Shown here: positions 1 through 9,887 of the stretch, piece after piece
How positions within the stretch are numbered: the stretch's first letter is position 1
How the letters are laid out: each line of letters starts with the position of its first letter
Assembly (NCBI GenBank): GCA_045532185.1
Contig: JAZSFL010000011.1
Span: forward strand, 15,178-79,177
DNA: 64,000 bases
Direction of reading: 5' to 3'
Origin: Ruminiclostridium sp.
Lineage (GTDB): Bacteria > Bacillota > Clostridia > Oscillospirales > Ruminococcaceae
The notes under the pieces: generated by a model
The model's database searches: none
What the model saw: only the letters and a program-made list of their open reading frames with translations
What the model was told of the DNA's origin: nothing
Translations under genes and position numbers: made by a program

Positions 1-1035
1 GAAAAGGCATATCTTAACGCAACCTTCTTCTCTTCCCTTGTAAATCCCTCAACCCGATTTGTAAACAGTCTTGTTTACGCGGGTGTAGGACTTACGGGTG
101 CATTAGCGGCAATAGGCGGCGGACTTTCCGTAGGCGCATTATCCTGCTTTTTAAGCTATGCCAACCAGTATACAAAGCCTTTCAATGAAATTTCAGGTGT
201 TATCACCGAGTTACAGAATGCCCTTGCCTGCGCAGGCAGAGTTTTCGAACTTATAGAAGAACCGTCACAGGTTTCCGACGAGGGTAACAAGGTGCTGGAA
301 AGTACTGACGGAGATGTAAGCCTTCACGATGTATGCTTTTCCTATGTTCCCGAAAAGAAGCTTATCGAGAATTTCAACCTGACAGTCACCCCCGGCCAGC
401 GTGTGGCAATTGTAGGCCCTACGGGCTGCGGAAAGACCACGGTTATAAATCTGCTTATGAGATTCTATGATGTGACATCGGGTAAAATCTGCGTTGAGGG
501 CAATGATATACGTGAACTTACCCGTGAAAGCCTGCGTTCTTCCTATGGTATGGTACTTCAGGAAACATGGCTGAGATCGGGAACAATCCGCGACAATATC
601 GTAATGGGTAAGCCTGACGCCACCGACGAAGAGGTTATCACGGCTGCGAAAGCGGCTCACGCCCACAGCTTCATAAAGAGGCTTCCTGACGGGTACAACA
701 CCGTTATCGGGGAGGACGGGGGCAGTCTTTCACAGGGACAGAAGCAGCTTCTGTGTATTGCAAGAATAATGCTGTGTCTGCCGCCTATGCTGATTCTTGA
801 CGAAGCAACATCAAGTATTGACACCCGTACCGAAATAAAGATTCAGGACGCATTTGCAAAGCTTATGAAGGGCAGAACAAGCTTTATCGTAGCCCACAGA
901 TTATCAACAATCCGTGACGCGGATATAATTCTCGTCATGAAGGACGGAAACATCATCGAACAGGGCAATCATACAGAGCTTTTAGAGAAGAACGGCTTTT
1001 ATGCCAACCTTTACAACAGCCAGTTTGCTATATAA
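1..1035 (+). CDS. ABC transporter permease/ATP-binding protein (multidrug-exporter type), 5'-truncated by window
   Basis: Frame +1 is open from base 1 (EKAYLNATFF...). Walker A GPTGCGKT, signature LSQGQ, Walker B LILDEATS, H-loop IVAHRLST. Confidence 0.93.
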   Translation, partial: EKAYLNATFFSSLVNPSTRFVNSLVYAGVGLTGALAAIGGGLSVGALSCFLSYANQYTKPFNEISGVITELQNALACAGRVFELIEEPSQVSDEGNKVLESTDGDVSLHDVCFSYVPEKKLIENFNLTVTPGQRVAIVGPTGCGKTTVINLLMRFYDVTSGKICVEGNDIRELTRESLRSSYGMVLQETWLRSGTIRDNIVMGKPDATDEEVITAAKAAHAHSFIKRLPDGYNTVIGEDGGSLSQGQKQLLCIARIMLCLPPMLILDEATSSIDTRTEIKIQDAFAKLMKGRTSFIVAHRLSTIRDADIILVMKDGNIIEQGNHTELLEKNGFYANLYNSQFAI

Positions 1036-1130
1036 AAAACAGGGCAGTGCGAAGCACCGCCCTTGCTGTTGCATAATTCAGGAAAATATGATATAATCGT
1101 TACATAAATCAAAAACAGGAGAAATAATAT

Positions 1131-1658
1131 ATGAAAAGAAAAATTACGGCTATAATTCTTTCTGCTGTGCTGTTAGCCTGCGGATGCACAGGCGATAAAC
1201 CTGCTTCTTCTGAAACCACAACCACAACCGCAGAAATCACAACAACTGAGGAAAAAACCACTGTAACCACCACGGCTCCCGAAACAACGACAACGACTAC
1301 AACTACGACTACCACTACCACGACCACAGCCGAAGTTACAACAACTACTACAACCACATCCGAAACTACAACGACAACCCCTGAAACCACTACAACAACC
1401 GCAACCACAACAACAGAGGCTACAACCATCGCTACTGTACCCACCACTACTACACCTGCACAGACTACAGTTACAACCACATTTTCAGGAAAAGGCGGAT
1501 ATTATTACACAATACCGGGAGGAATTGTGGTTATGATATCAGCAGTGCCATATTCCATACCACCATATTATGAAAACGGAACATCCGGCACATGGCCTAA
1601 TTTAAGCGAACTTACACAGACTCATATAGTAGATACATCCACGCCCGAAGAAGAATAA
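1131..1658 (+). CDS. Thr-rich lipoprotein (low-complexity stalk)
   Basis: Signal peptide with lipobox LLACGC, about 90 aa of Thr-rich repeats, AGGAG RBS, TATAAT upstream. Confidence 0.8.
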   Translation: MKRKITAIILSAVLLACGCTGDKPASSETTTTTAEITTTEEKTTVTTTAPETTTTTTTTTTTTTTTAEVTTTTTTTSETTTTTPETTTTTATTTTEATTIATVPTTTTPAQTTVTTTFSGKGGYYYTIPGGIVVMISAVPYSIPPYYENGTSGTWPNLSELTQTHIVDTSTPEEE

Positions 1659-1661
1659 GCC

Positions 1662-1698
1662 ACAGGCACAAAGCGAAAGCTTTGTGCCTGTTCTTTTT
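1662..1698. terminator. Bidirectional intrinsic terminator
   Basis: ACAGGCACAAAGC-GAAA-GCTTTGTGCCTGT hairpin followed by a T-run, between convergent genes. Confidence 0.8.
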
Positions 1699-2638
1699 AA
1701 AACTCCACATTCTCCCCGTAATAATACCTCAGGATTTCTTCTGCGGTTCTGCCCTGCTTCGCCATTTCGTTTGCTCCGTACTGACTGAGGCCTGCACCGT
1801 GGCCGTATCCTCTGGTAGTGAAGATAAAGATACCGCTTTCATATTCCACTGTAAAGGCTGTGGAACGGAGTCCGAAAATCCGCCAGATGTCGCCGCCCGA
1901 AAACAGGTTATCACCTATTTTAACGGATATTACATAGCCGTTTTCATCGGCATTGAATTCCGAAAACCATCTTGAATAGTCGGCAGGTGTTTCAATGCCA
2001 TCCTTGTAATTCACCAGGCAGACTCTTGCTTCTTCGGCGGTCATTTCGTTTCTGCATTCGTAATTTATGTAATTTCTGTCCCATGAGCTGTCCACGGATT
2101 TCAGATAATCAAAGCTTCTGCCCCATATACTTTCGGCGGAGTTGGTTTTTCCTGCGCTGACGGAATGATAAACAGCATAAATCGGCTGATTTTCGTAGGT
2201 TATAATGTGGGTTGCTCCATAACGGGCAGCCGCTTTCAGGGCGGGCAGATACTCGTCATAGCTGCCGCCGTATATTTCTGCGCATTTTTCAGGCGTATAA
2301 TAAGGCTGACAAAGGGAACTGCTGTCGGAAATATCTGCTTCGGGAGGGATTTCCTTCTTATCTCCCAGATCCGCAATCAGCCGATGAGCATAAGTCATAG
2401 CCGCGGCAGCCTGGGCATTGAGGGCTTCCTGCTCATAATCAAGAGGAATCTGTGCCGCAAGACAGCCTGTCAGGTATTCTTCCCAGGAAAGTGTGCGTAT
2501 CTCCTGTGTTTCCTCAATATAGACGTTCACTGTTTCCGACATTTCCGCAGTCTGCACAGCTTCGGTTTCCGTGAAAAACACGGGAAGCAGGAATGCCGCC
2601 GCAGCAAAGCAGATAAAGATAAAAAGCCTGTCCTTCAT
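1697..2638 (-). CDS. spoIID: Stage II sporulation protein D (SpoIID/LytB family lytic transglycosylase)
   Basis: EEYLTGCLAAQIP..EALNAQA, YHSVSAGKT, GYGHGAGLSQYGANEMA..EEILRYYY motifs. Start moved to the ATG at 2638, which has an RBS. Confidence 0.85.
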   Translation of the reverse strand: MKDRLFIFICFAAAAFLLPVFFTETEAVQTAEMSETVNVYIEETQEIRTLSWEEYLTGCLAAQIPLDYEQEALNAQAAAAMTYAHRLIADLGDKKEIPPEADISDSSSLCQPYYTPEKCAEIYGGSYDEYLPALKAAARYGATHIITYENQPIYAVYHSVSAGKTNSAESIWGRSFDYLKSVDSSWDRNYINYECRNEMTAEEARVCLVNYKDGIETPADYSRWFSEFNADENGYVISVKIGDNLFSGGDIWRIFGLRSTAFTVEYESGIFIFTTRGYGHGAGLSQYGANEMAKQGRTAEEILRYYYGENVEF

Positions 2639-2734
2639 TACAAAAATTCCGCCTTTCTTTTTTATTCCGGGACGGTGATTGTGCAGAATCACCGTCTGTT
2701 TGTGTTCCGCGTGACTGCATGCAGTCACGCGTTG

Positions 2735-3121
2735 TCAATTCTGTCTGTTTACGCCCACGACTCCGCCTGTGCAGCCGCAGATTACAGTTGTAAAAATCTT
2801 TGCGGCGGCGGAGCTTCCGTCGAAATTACCGCTTATTGCCGCGCCTGCAGCGCACAGTACCAGCAGAATCACTCCGCAGCGGAAGCCTGTTTTTAAGCCC
2901 CCGCGGCGTTTGATTCTTCCGCAGATAAAGCCCGACAGCATTGCTCCGCACCCGAGAGCCAGCAGCGAAAAATATTCCGCGGTATACAAGGGAAACTGCA
3001 GGGCATACATCACCCATGCGAACAGGAATATAAGGGCAACCGACAGGCCTGCGCCCATTACGGTTGAAAAAATATATGTATTTACTCTTTTTATAAGTTC
3101 GCTTCTGATTTTTTCGGACAA
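2735..3121 (-). CDS. Small four-TM membrane protein (TIGR04086/YrzE-like)
   Basis: Hydrophobic, with GFICGRIKRRGGLKTG and GGVVGVN motifs. Probable TTG start after a GAGGTG RBS. Confidence 0.7.
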   Translation of the reverse strand: MSEKIRSELIKRVNTYIFSTVMGAGLSVALIFLFAWVMYALQFPLYTAEYFSLLALGCGAMLSGFICGRIKRRGGLKTGFRCGVILLVLCAAGAAISGNFDGSSAAAKIFTTVICGCTGGVVGVNRQN

Positions 3122-3138
3122 AACTATCACCTCACACA

Positions 3139-3168
3139 AATGTATGAGGTGACTTTTTCATTTATGAC
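3139..3168 (-). promoter_or_regulatory. Sigma-E-type (mother cell) promoter for the membrane protein-spoIID operon
   Basis: Minus strand TCATAAA-N14-CATACATT matches the B. subtilis sigma-E consensus; spoIID is a known sigma-E target. Confidence 0.65.
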
Positions 3169-3171
3169 AAG

Positions 3172-3804
3172 CTATACTCCGAAAAATTCCCTGAACCATT
3201 CATAAAGCATAAAACGGTACTCAACATCACCGTATCTTGCGGCAAGGCTGTCGGCGGTAAGCTGTGCCTTTCTCTTTTCTTCTTCATACAATGCTCTTTC
3301 GGGAAGAACCGAAGCTTCCGAAACGGCGTCAATGCACAGAGTCGGAAATAGTACACACCACCAGTTATTGCCTTCGCCCTTGCCGAGAGTTATTTTCAGA
3401 GCGTCATATTCGCCTGCGGGAAGAGTGTAGTCGCCGTATTTCCTCGTGCCGAAACTGCACTTTTCAACGGTGCACACCGCCCTGTATTCACAGCCGTCAA
3501 GCTTCAGATAATCATTTACCCTTTCGGCAATAAGCCCGATATTACGCTGGGCAAGGCGCTTGGTTTCGTCCTTTGTTTCACAGCTGCTGAAAATATAGGA
3601 AAGGTCACTGAGTATGTAGTCCCTTACTTCATATTTCAGCTGCTGGTCGAATGCCGAATCGGAATTCGCCAGAATGTGCAGTCTGAATGCCTTGTCCTGC
3701 ATCTCCTCACAGTTTTTCACAAAGCCTGCCGCCATAGCAATTATTATGGAAACAGCCGCGCCCAGAAGAAGCGCTATATCCAGTGTTTTTTCCTTTGATT
3801 TCAT
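3172..3804 (-). CDS. spoIIR: Stage II sporulation protein R
   Basis: FRLHILANSDS..DQQLKYEVRD, YGDYTLPAGEYDALKITLGKGEGNNWWCVLFPTLC. Confidence 0.92.
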   Translation of the reverse strand: MKSKEKTLDIALLLGAAVSIIIAMAAGFVKNCEEMQDKAFRLHILANSDSAFDQQLKYEVRDYILSDLSYIFSSCETKDETKRLAQRNIGLIAERVNDYLKLDGCEYRAVCTVEKCSFGTRKYGDYTLPAGEYDALKITLGKGEGNNWWCVLFPTLCIDAVSEASVLPERALYEEEKRKAQLTADSLAARYGDVEYRFMLYEWFREFFGV

Positions 3805-3837
3805 TGTGGTTTTCCTTTCGATTAAGAAGTGCTTGCA

Positions 3838-3944
3838 GTAGGGGGTGCGGGCGCAGGCGGCGGAGCCGCCGCCCTGCCCTGAGCCGCCAACGGCGGCTCA
3901 GGGCATTTTTGCGGCGTTGCCGCAAAAAAACTGCGCCCGCACCC
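3838..3944. repeat. GC-rich cloverleaf palindromic element (REP-like), copy 1
   Basis: Closing stem GGGTGCGGGCGCAG (3843-3856)/CTGCGCCCGCACCC (3931-3944) encloses three perfect hairpins; preceded by GTAG. Confidence 0.75.
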
Positions 3945-4005
3945 GTCCTTTCACTCCCATTGTTGGAAAAAACAACAGCGTTTAATCAAATTTTCAAAAA
4001 AGTAT

Positions 4006-4033
4006 TTGCAAAATGTGATTTTTATGCTATAAT
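4006..4033 (+). promoter_or_regulatory. Sigma-A promoter of dapL
   Basis: TTGCAA-N16-TATAAT with TGn extended -10. Confidence 0.55.
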
Positions 4034-4076
4034 ATTTTTGAATTTTTAAACATGAACAAGAAAGGAAACAAAAACT

Positions 4077-5288
4077 ATGGCAAAAATGAATGACAGCTTC
4101 TTAGCATTAAAGAAAAGTTATCTCTTTATTGAAATCGGCAAGAGAGTAAGAGAGTATATTGCGGCTCATCCCGACAATAAGATAATCAGAATGGGTATCG
4201 GCGATGTTACACAGCCTCTTGTTCCCGCAGTAGTAGAAGCAATGAAGAAGGCTGCCGACGAAATGGGTAAGAAGGAAACCTTCCGTGGCTACGAGGACAG
4301 CGGTCTCGGCTATGATTTCTTACGTGATGCCGTAAGAGATTACTACAAGAGCTTCGGCGTTGATGTAAAGAGCGCGGAAGTGCTTATCAGCGACGGTGCA
4401 AAGTCCGACTGCGGCAATATCGGCGATATTTTCAGCGCAGACAATACAGTTCTTATAACTGACCCTGCATATCCCGTATACGTTGACAGCAATGTTATGG
4501 GCGGCAGAAAGGTAATCTACGCTGATTCCAACGAAGAGAACGGTTTTGCGGCAATGCCCGACAAGTCTGTTCACGCAGACATCATCTACCTCTGCTCTCC
4601 CAACAACCCCACAGGTTCCGTTTATACAAAGGAACAGCTTAAGGAATGGGTTGACTACGCAATCGCAAATGACGCAGTTATCATTTTTGACTCCGCTTAT
4701 GAAGCATTTATCAGCGACCCTGCACTTCCCCGCTCCATTTTCTGCGTAGAGGGTGCAAGAAAGTGTGCTATTGAAATCTGCTCACTTTCCAAGACAGCAG
4801 GCTTCACAGGTACACGCTGCGGCTATACAATTGTCCCCGAAGAACTTATGTTAAAGACTCCCGACGGCGAGGACATCAGCTTCTATCAGCTCTGGACAAG
4901 ACGCCAGGGCAGCAAGTTCAACGGCGTTTCCTACCCTGTTCAGCGTGCGGCTGAGGCGGTATTCACTCCCGAAGGACAGGAGCAGTGCAAGGCGGTTATC
5001 GCTTCCTATATGGCGAATGCAAAGGTAATGGCTGAAACATTTGACAGCCTCGGCATTACATACACAGGCGGCAAGAACTCTCCCTACATCTGGTTCAAGT
5101 GTCCCTTCGGCATGGACAGCTGGACATTCTTCGACAAGCTTCTCAATGAAGCAGAGGTTGTCGGCACACCGGGCGAGGGCTTCGGTAAGAACGGCGACGG
5201 CTGGTTCAGACTTACCGCTTTCAACACAATGGAAAATACTGTTGAAGCAATGGCAAGATTCAAGAAGCTTGTAGAATCCAACAAGTAA
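4077..5288 (+). CDS. dapL: LL-diaminopimelate aminotransferase
   Basis: YLFIEI, MGIGDVT, SDGAKSD, DPAYPVYVDSNVM, CSPNNPTG, SLSKTAGFTGTRCG (PLP lysine), GTPGEGFG. Confidence 0.93.
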   Translation: MAKMNDSFLALKKSYLFIEIGKRVREYIAAHPDNKIIRMGIGDVTQPLVPAVVEAMKKAADEMGKKETFRGYEDSGLGYDFLRDAVRDYYKSFGVDVKSAEVLISDGAKSDCGNIGDIFSADNTVLITDPAYPVYVDSNVMGGRKVIYADSNEENGFAAMPDKSVHADIIYLCSPNNPTGSVYTKEQLKEWVDYAIANDAVIIFDSAYEAFISDPALPRSIFCVEGARKCAIEICSLSKTAGFTGTRCGYTIVPEELMLKTPDGEDISFYQLWTRRQGSKFNGVSYPVQRAAEAVFTPEGQEQCKAVIASYMANAKVMAETFDSLGITYTGGKNSPYIWFKCPFGMDSWTFFDKLLNEAEVVGTPGEGFGKNGDGWFRLTAFNTMENTVEAMARFKKLVESNK

Positions 5289-5339
5289 TAGACAGCGACG
5301 GAGTAAAATCTTATTTTACTCCGTCCTTTTGTGAGGAAA

Positions 5340-6134
5340 ATGAAAAAATTAATCAATATTCTTCAAATAATTGTAATAGTTATCTGCAACCTTCTGATAG
5401 TTTCCTTTGTGTTCACTATGTTGAGAAACATTGTAAATCACGGCAATGTTATCGGCACAATCGGTTGTCTCACCGTTATATTTGCTATAATTCTATACAG
5501 AAAGTATAAAGAAAACAAGCCTGTACGTATAGCGTCAAAGGCTGTGCTTATAGTCGCAGGGGTGTTTGCGGTGTACTGCGCAGTCATCTCTTCGTTCATG
5601 ATTTCAGGCATGATGAACGCACCGAACAAGGCTTTTCAGGCAGGTACAGACGGTATGCGTGAGCCTGAAACGGTTATTGTTCTGGGCTGTAAAACTATAA
5701 ACGGCGCTCCTTCGGTAATGCTTGCCGCAAGGCTTGACACAGCGGCACAGTACCTGAATGAAAATCCGCAGGCTGTGTGCGTTGTCACAGGCGGAAAGGG
5801 CAACGACGAAATCGAAGCCGAGGCGGTCACAATGGAACGCTACCTGATTACAAAAGGTATAGATAACAACAGAATATACAAAGAGGATAAAGCGACAAAT
5901 ACAGAAGAGAACCTGAGATTTTCCGCAGAAATCATAGAAAAAGAAAATCTCCCCGAAAATGTGATTATTGTCAGCGAAAGCTATCACGTTTACCGTGGTA
6001 CGCGCAACGCAGAAAAGCTGGGGCTTGACGCGGCGGCTCTTCCCGCTCCCACTAATACTCCATGGGCGCTGCCCAGCTACTGGCTGAGAGAAATTTTTGC
6101 AGTTTCGAGGGATTTTGCGGCGGATTTATTCTGA
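5340..6134 (+). CDS. YdcF/DUF218 (ElyC/SanA-like) membrane protein
   Basis: N-terminal TMs; VIVLGC, RLDTA, VVTGGKG, EDKATNTEENL, SESYHVYR, LREIFA. Confidence 0.85.
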   Translation: MKKLINILQIIVIVICNLLIVSFVFTMLRNIVNHGNVIGTIGCLTVIFAIILYRKYKENKPVRIASKAVLIVAGVFAVYCAVISSFMISGMMNAPNKAFQAGTDGMREPETVIVLGCKTINGAPSVMLAARLDTAAQYLNENPQAVCVVTGGKGNDEIEAEAVTMERYLITKGIDNNRIYKEDKATNTEENLRFSAEIIEKENLPENVIIVSESYHVYRGTRNAEKLGLDAAALPAPTNTPWALPSYWLREIFAVSRDFAADLF

Positions 6135-6160
6135 CACAGACAGTTTAAACCAATCGAGTG

Positions 6161-6254
6161 CACGTGCGGCGCACCGTCGGGCGGCAAAGCCGCCCGACAC
6201 GCCTGCGCAAGCGCAGGCGCTTCTGCCTCCGGCAGAAGCGGTGCGCCGCACGTG
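6161..6254. repeat. GC-rich cloverleaf palindromic element (REP-like), copy 2
   Basis: Closing stem CACGTGCGGCGCACC/GGTGCGCCGCACGTG encloses three perfect hairpins. Confidence 0.75.
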
Positions 6255-6292
6255 ACCCGAGGCTTTATGAACAAAAGAAAAGGAAACAGACA

Positions 6293-7639
6293 ATGAAGGA
6301 TTTAACCAAAGGAAACCCCGTGAAAGCCATGTGCCTTTTTGCGCTTCCGCTTCTCATCGGGCATTTATTCCAGCTTTTCTACGGACTTGCAGACACAAGA
6401 ATAGTGGGAAGCTGTCTGGGTGATGACGCCCTCACCTCGGTATATGCAACAACTACGCTCAATGACCTTATAGTAGGCTTTTTAGTGGGAATCACAAACG
6501 GTTTTGCTGTTATAACTGCCCGTAATTTCGGAGCAGGTAATATGGACAGGGTAAGAAAAACCTTTGCCTCAAGCATAAAGCTGGGACTAATTGTTTCGGC
6601 AGTGCTTACCGCTCTGAGTCTTATTTTCCTGGAGGACATCCTCCGCTTCCTGAACACTCCCGAAGAGCATATTGCCCCGGGAATGGAGTATATCGGCGTA
6701 ATTCTGGGCGGCATGACCTTTTCCATGCTGTATAATGCCTTAGCTTCTACACTCCGTGCGCTGGGAGATACGGTAGCGCCTCTTGTTTTCCTTATAATTT
6801 CGGCATTCCTGAACATCGGTCTTGACCTTATGTTCATTGAAATATTCCATATGGGTGTAGGCGGTGCGGCGCTGGCGACAATAGTTTCACAGGCAATTTC
6901 GTTCATAGCCTGTCTGGTCTATATAATTATAAGATATCCTCAGCTGAGACTCAGGTTAAGCGATTTCAGAACCGACCTGAACCTTGACAAGCAGCTTATT
7001 GGAACAGGCGTTTCCATGGGACTTATGAGCAGCCTTGTATACATGGGTACAGTTGTACTTCAGGGCGCAATCAACAGCCTCGGTCCGACAATTATCCTTG
7101 CCCACGGTGCGGCAAGAAAGGTAACAAGCATCTTCATGCTGCCTTTCGGCATTTTCGGAATGACAATGGCAACCTACTGCAGTCAGTGTTACGGTGCAGG
7201 AGAGCACAAACGCGTCAAAAAAGGTGTTTTCGCCGCAACGGGAATTTCATGGGCATGGTGCCTTATTACAATTATTGTAAGCTGGACATTTGTGCCTGTC
7301 ATTATACGCCTTATTACCGACACGCAGAATGAAGAAGCGGTTGAATGGGCTACAATGTACCTGAAATTTGACAGTATATTCTATTTCATTACGGCGGTGA
7401 TTTCTCCTTTCAGAAATGCTCTTCAGGGCGTGGGCGACCATATTACTCCCCTTGTTTCCAGCGGTCTTGAACTGCTGGGCAAGACTCTGGCGGCATATAT
7501 TCTTGCCCCTATGATGGGCTACTGGGGAATAATCATTACCGAGCCCATAGTATGGGCGGTTATGGTAGTCCCGCTGGTTGTCAAGCTGTTTAAATTCTTT
7601 AAACGGGCGGAAACAGGACAGACGATGTCTGAAAAATGA
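6293..7639 (+). CDS. MATE family efflux transporter
   Basis: MKDLTKGNP..FALPL start after an AAAGGA RBS; about 12 TMs; LRALGDT..PL, NIGLD, MGVGGAALAT motifs. Confidence 0.9.
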   Translation: MKDLTKGNPVKAMCLFALPLLIGHLFQLFYGLADTRIVGSCLGDDALTSVYATTTLNDLIVGFLVGITNGFAVITARNFGAGNMDRVRKTFASSIKLGLIVSAVLTALSLIFLEDILRFLNTPEEHIAPGMEYIGVILGGMTFSMLYNALASTLRALGDTVAPLVFLIISAFLNIGLDLMFIEIFHMGVGGAALATIVSQAISFIACLVYIIIRYPQLRLRLSDFRTDLNLDKQLIGTGVSMGLMSSLVYMGTVVLQGAINSLGPTIILAHGAARKVTSIFMLPFGIFGMTMATYCSQCYGAGEHKRVKKGVFAATGISWAWCLITIIVSWTFVPVIIRLITDTQNEEAVEWATMYLKFDSIFYFITAVISPFRNALQGVGDHITPLVSSGLELLGKTLAAYILAPMMGYWGIIITEPIVWAVMVVPLVVKLFKFFKRAETGQTMSEK

Positions 7640-7659
7640 AAATATCTCATATAAAGCAG

Positions 7660-7690
7660 AACCCCCGCAGTTGTAAAACTGCGGGGGTTA
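7660..7690. terminator. Bidirectional intrinsic terminator
   Basis: ACCCCCGCAG..CTGCGGGGGT hairpin between the convergent MATE and response regulator genes. Confidence 0.75.
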
Positions 7691-7816
7691 ATTGATTGAG
7701 CTCAAGCAGCTCGCCATAGTCGCGTCGGATACAGTAGGACTGTCAACCCTGCCGTCTTGCCTGTTATGGAAAAATACAATTCCGGAAAAGGCAGGAATTG
7801 CCCGAGGCGGCTCACC

Positions 7817-8542
7817 TCATTCCTCTTTCTTGTTTTCGTCTTCTTCCTCGCCCCAGATATATCCGTATCCCCATACGGTGCGGATATAAAGCGGGTCGGA
7901 AGGGTTGTCCTCGATTTTCATTCTGAGTCGGCGGATATTTACGTCAATAATCTTGTCATCACCGTAGTAGCTGTTACCCCATATCTTTGAAATAAGGGTC
8001 TGACGGTCGATTGCACTTCCCCTGTGGCGGATAAAATATTCGAGGATATGATATTCCACCTGTGTAAGTTCCAGCGGAACGCCGTTCTTATAAATACTGC
8101 GGCTTTTTGAATCCACAAAGAACGGGCCTGTGATGATATCCCCCGAAAGGTCAGCGTCAGGCTGTGAGATACTTACCCTGCGGTAGATTGCATCAACGCG
8201 TGCAACAAGCTCCGACGGAGAAAAAGGCTTTGTAACATAGTCGTCGGCACCCATCATAAGACAGCTTACCTTATCCATTTCCTGGCTTTTTGCTGAAAGC
8301 ATGATAATACCGATAGTCTTGCTGTGTTCGCGGAGGAATTTGCATACCTGAGTGCCGTCGATTCCGGGCATCATGATGTCGAGAATAGCAACATCGAATC
8401 TGACTCCGTCTTCCCAGAGGCGCAGAGCCTGTTCGCCGCAGCTTACGTCAATTACTTCATATCCCGAACGCTTCAGGTGAATCACTACAAAGTCGCGGAT
8501 TGCATCCTCGTCCTCGCATACAAGTATTTTTCTGGTTTTCAT
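7817..8542 (-). CDS. OmpR/PhoB family response regulator
   Basis: ILVCEDE, ILDIMMPGIDG, GADDYVTKPFS, VNIRRLRMKIE..YIRTVWGYGY. Confidence 0.93.
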   Translation of the reverse strand: MKTRKILVCEDEDAIRDFVVIHLKRSGYEVIDVSCGEQALRLWEDGVRFDVAILDIMMPGIDGTQVCKFLREHSKTIGIIMLSAKSQEMDKVSCLMMGADDYVTKPFSPSELVARVDAIYRRVSISQPDADLSGDIITGPFFVDSKSRSIYKNGVPLELTQVEYHILEYFIRHRGSAIDRQTLISKIWGNSYYGDDKIIDVNIRRLRMKIEDNPSDPLYIRTVWGYGYIWGEEEDENKKEE

Positions 8543-8559
8543 ATTTATTTCCTTTCCCG

Positions 8560-9867
8560 TTAATCAAGTATTCTGAATAAGGTTTCAAATTCTCCCTCTG
8601 CCAGAGCCAGCGAACTGTCCTGTGCGGCACGCATGAAGAAGCAGTAGCCTGTAGTTTTACTCGTACCGCAGGAAGTGAAGCCTGTAAGGTTGGTTTTGCT
8701 GACAGAGGCTTCAGGCACGGCACGTATGACAAGCAGTTCTTCGCCTGCGGATTTTTTGCTTTTGTCGTAACGGCTGAAGGTAGCAGTTCCGTCAGCGATG
8801 GAGATATTCATTGTAATAAGTCCTGCCCAGCGGGGCGGAATGCGGAATATATAGTCGGTTCTGATGCTTACATAGGATGTGTTTTCATACAGCAGCGTTG
8901 CAACCGCCGGGGAAACCTCAAACCAGTTGGTAAAGCTGACCTGCTCGTTGCCCGGTTGTTCTTCATATCCCGGAGCCGGAGAAACAGAGGGGACTTCGAT
9001 AATTCCATCGCCGTCAATATCCCTGCAGGAAACAAAGGGTGTGTATGTGTTGGAGCGGCGTCTCACCTGGTCCGCGGGAATCTGTGCTGCAGAAAGGGAG
9101 CGGTCGTAGCACAGCATTACATCTGTGGTAATGGAGCCGTCAGATGTAGCATAATCAATAAAAATGCCGTTTCTGCCTGCGGAGGTGGCTTTTCCCAGAA
9201 CGATGCTGCGGCAGGAGGTAAAATCCGCGTTCAGCGGCACTGACGAAAGTACGGAAAAGCCTTCTTTTTCCCAGCCCAGAAGATTGATTGAAGCGGTATT
9301 TCCTGTTGAATCATTGTTCACCATGAACATTTCATCTGCACCATCTTCGTTTATGTCAATGAGATTCATATATACGTGACGGCTTTTGTAGACCTCTGAC
9401 GGAATGTCGTTTTCATAGCTGAATACGCTGGTTGCGCGGTCAGAGGAGTTCTGTATCGTGTAGGTAATTATTATGCTCGGTTTACCGTTGCCCAGGTTGG
9501 AAAACTGCACCTTTTCGATTTCGCTTCCCAGAGCGGCAAAGTCATAGACGGATACCCACTGCCCGTCGCGCTTATCAAGGAAGTTCAGGCGCAGGGACGA
9601 ACCGTCATCGGTAACATTTGAAGCTTCATAGAAGACAATGGCCTCGTTTGTGGCTTCGCTGTCAATATTCTGTACCACAAAGGCGCTTCTGTACTGTCCG
9701 CTTACAGGGTATTTCAGATTGACATCGCCGCCCTTGCTGAGGCGCAGGGCGTCATATATAGCGGATTGTTCCTCGTCAAGTCTGGGCGGGCTTAAAAGCT
9801 CCTCCACCGCCATTGAACAGCCGCACAAAAAAAGAAGCGGCAGTATAAGCAACATCAGTTTTTTCAT
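8560..9867 (-). CDS. Lipoprotein with FG-GAP/VCBS-like D-x-D-x-D-G repeats
   Basis: Lipobox FLCGC; DINEDGADE and DIDGDGIIE repeats. Confidence 0.75.
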   Translation of the reverse strand: MKKLMLLILPLLFLCGCSMAVEELLSPPRLDEEQSAIYDALRLSKGGDVNLKYPVSGQYRSAFVVQNIDSEATNEAIVFYEASNVTDDGSSLRLNFLDKRDGQWVSVYDFAALGSEIEKVQFSNLGNGKPSIIITYTIQNSSDRATSVFSYENDIPSEVYKSRHVYMNLIDINEDGADEMFMVNNDSTGNTASINLLGWEKEGFSVLSSVPLNADFTSCRSIVLGKATSAGRNGIFIDYATSDGSITTDVMLCYDRSLSAAQIPADQVRRRSNTYTPFVSCRDIDGDGIIEVPSVSPAPGYEEQPGNEQVSFTNWFEVSPAVATLLYENTSYVSIRTDYIFRIPPRWAGLITMNISIADGTATFSRYDKSKKSAGEELLVIRAVPEASVSKTNLTGFTSCGTSKTTGYCFFMRAAQDSSLALAEGEFETLFRILD

Positions 9868-9887
9868 ACAGGACCGCTCCTTTCTGT

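Noticed and set aside
1215-1480. ACN-rich tandem repeats and the antisense poly-Val ORF (1109-1480)
   Set aside because: Explained by Thr codons of the lipoprotein stalk; not a CRISPR or independent repeat, and the Val ORF is a shadow.
6158-6292. N-terminal extension of the MATE ORF; likewise ORFs 3707-3925 and 3783-4049
   Set aside because: They run through the palindromic elements; the real MATE start is ATG 6293 with an RBS.
7690-7816. Possible ncRNA (SRP/6S-like) downstream of the response regulator
   Set aside because: CCGGAAAAGGCAGG only loosely resembles SRP domain IV; no convincing fold or promoter.
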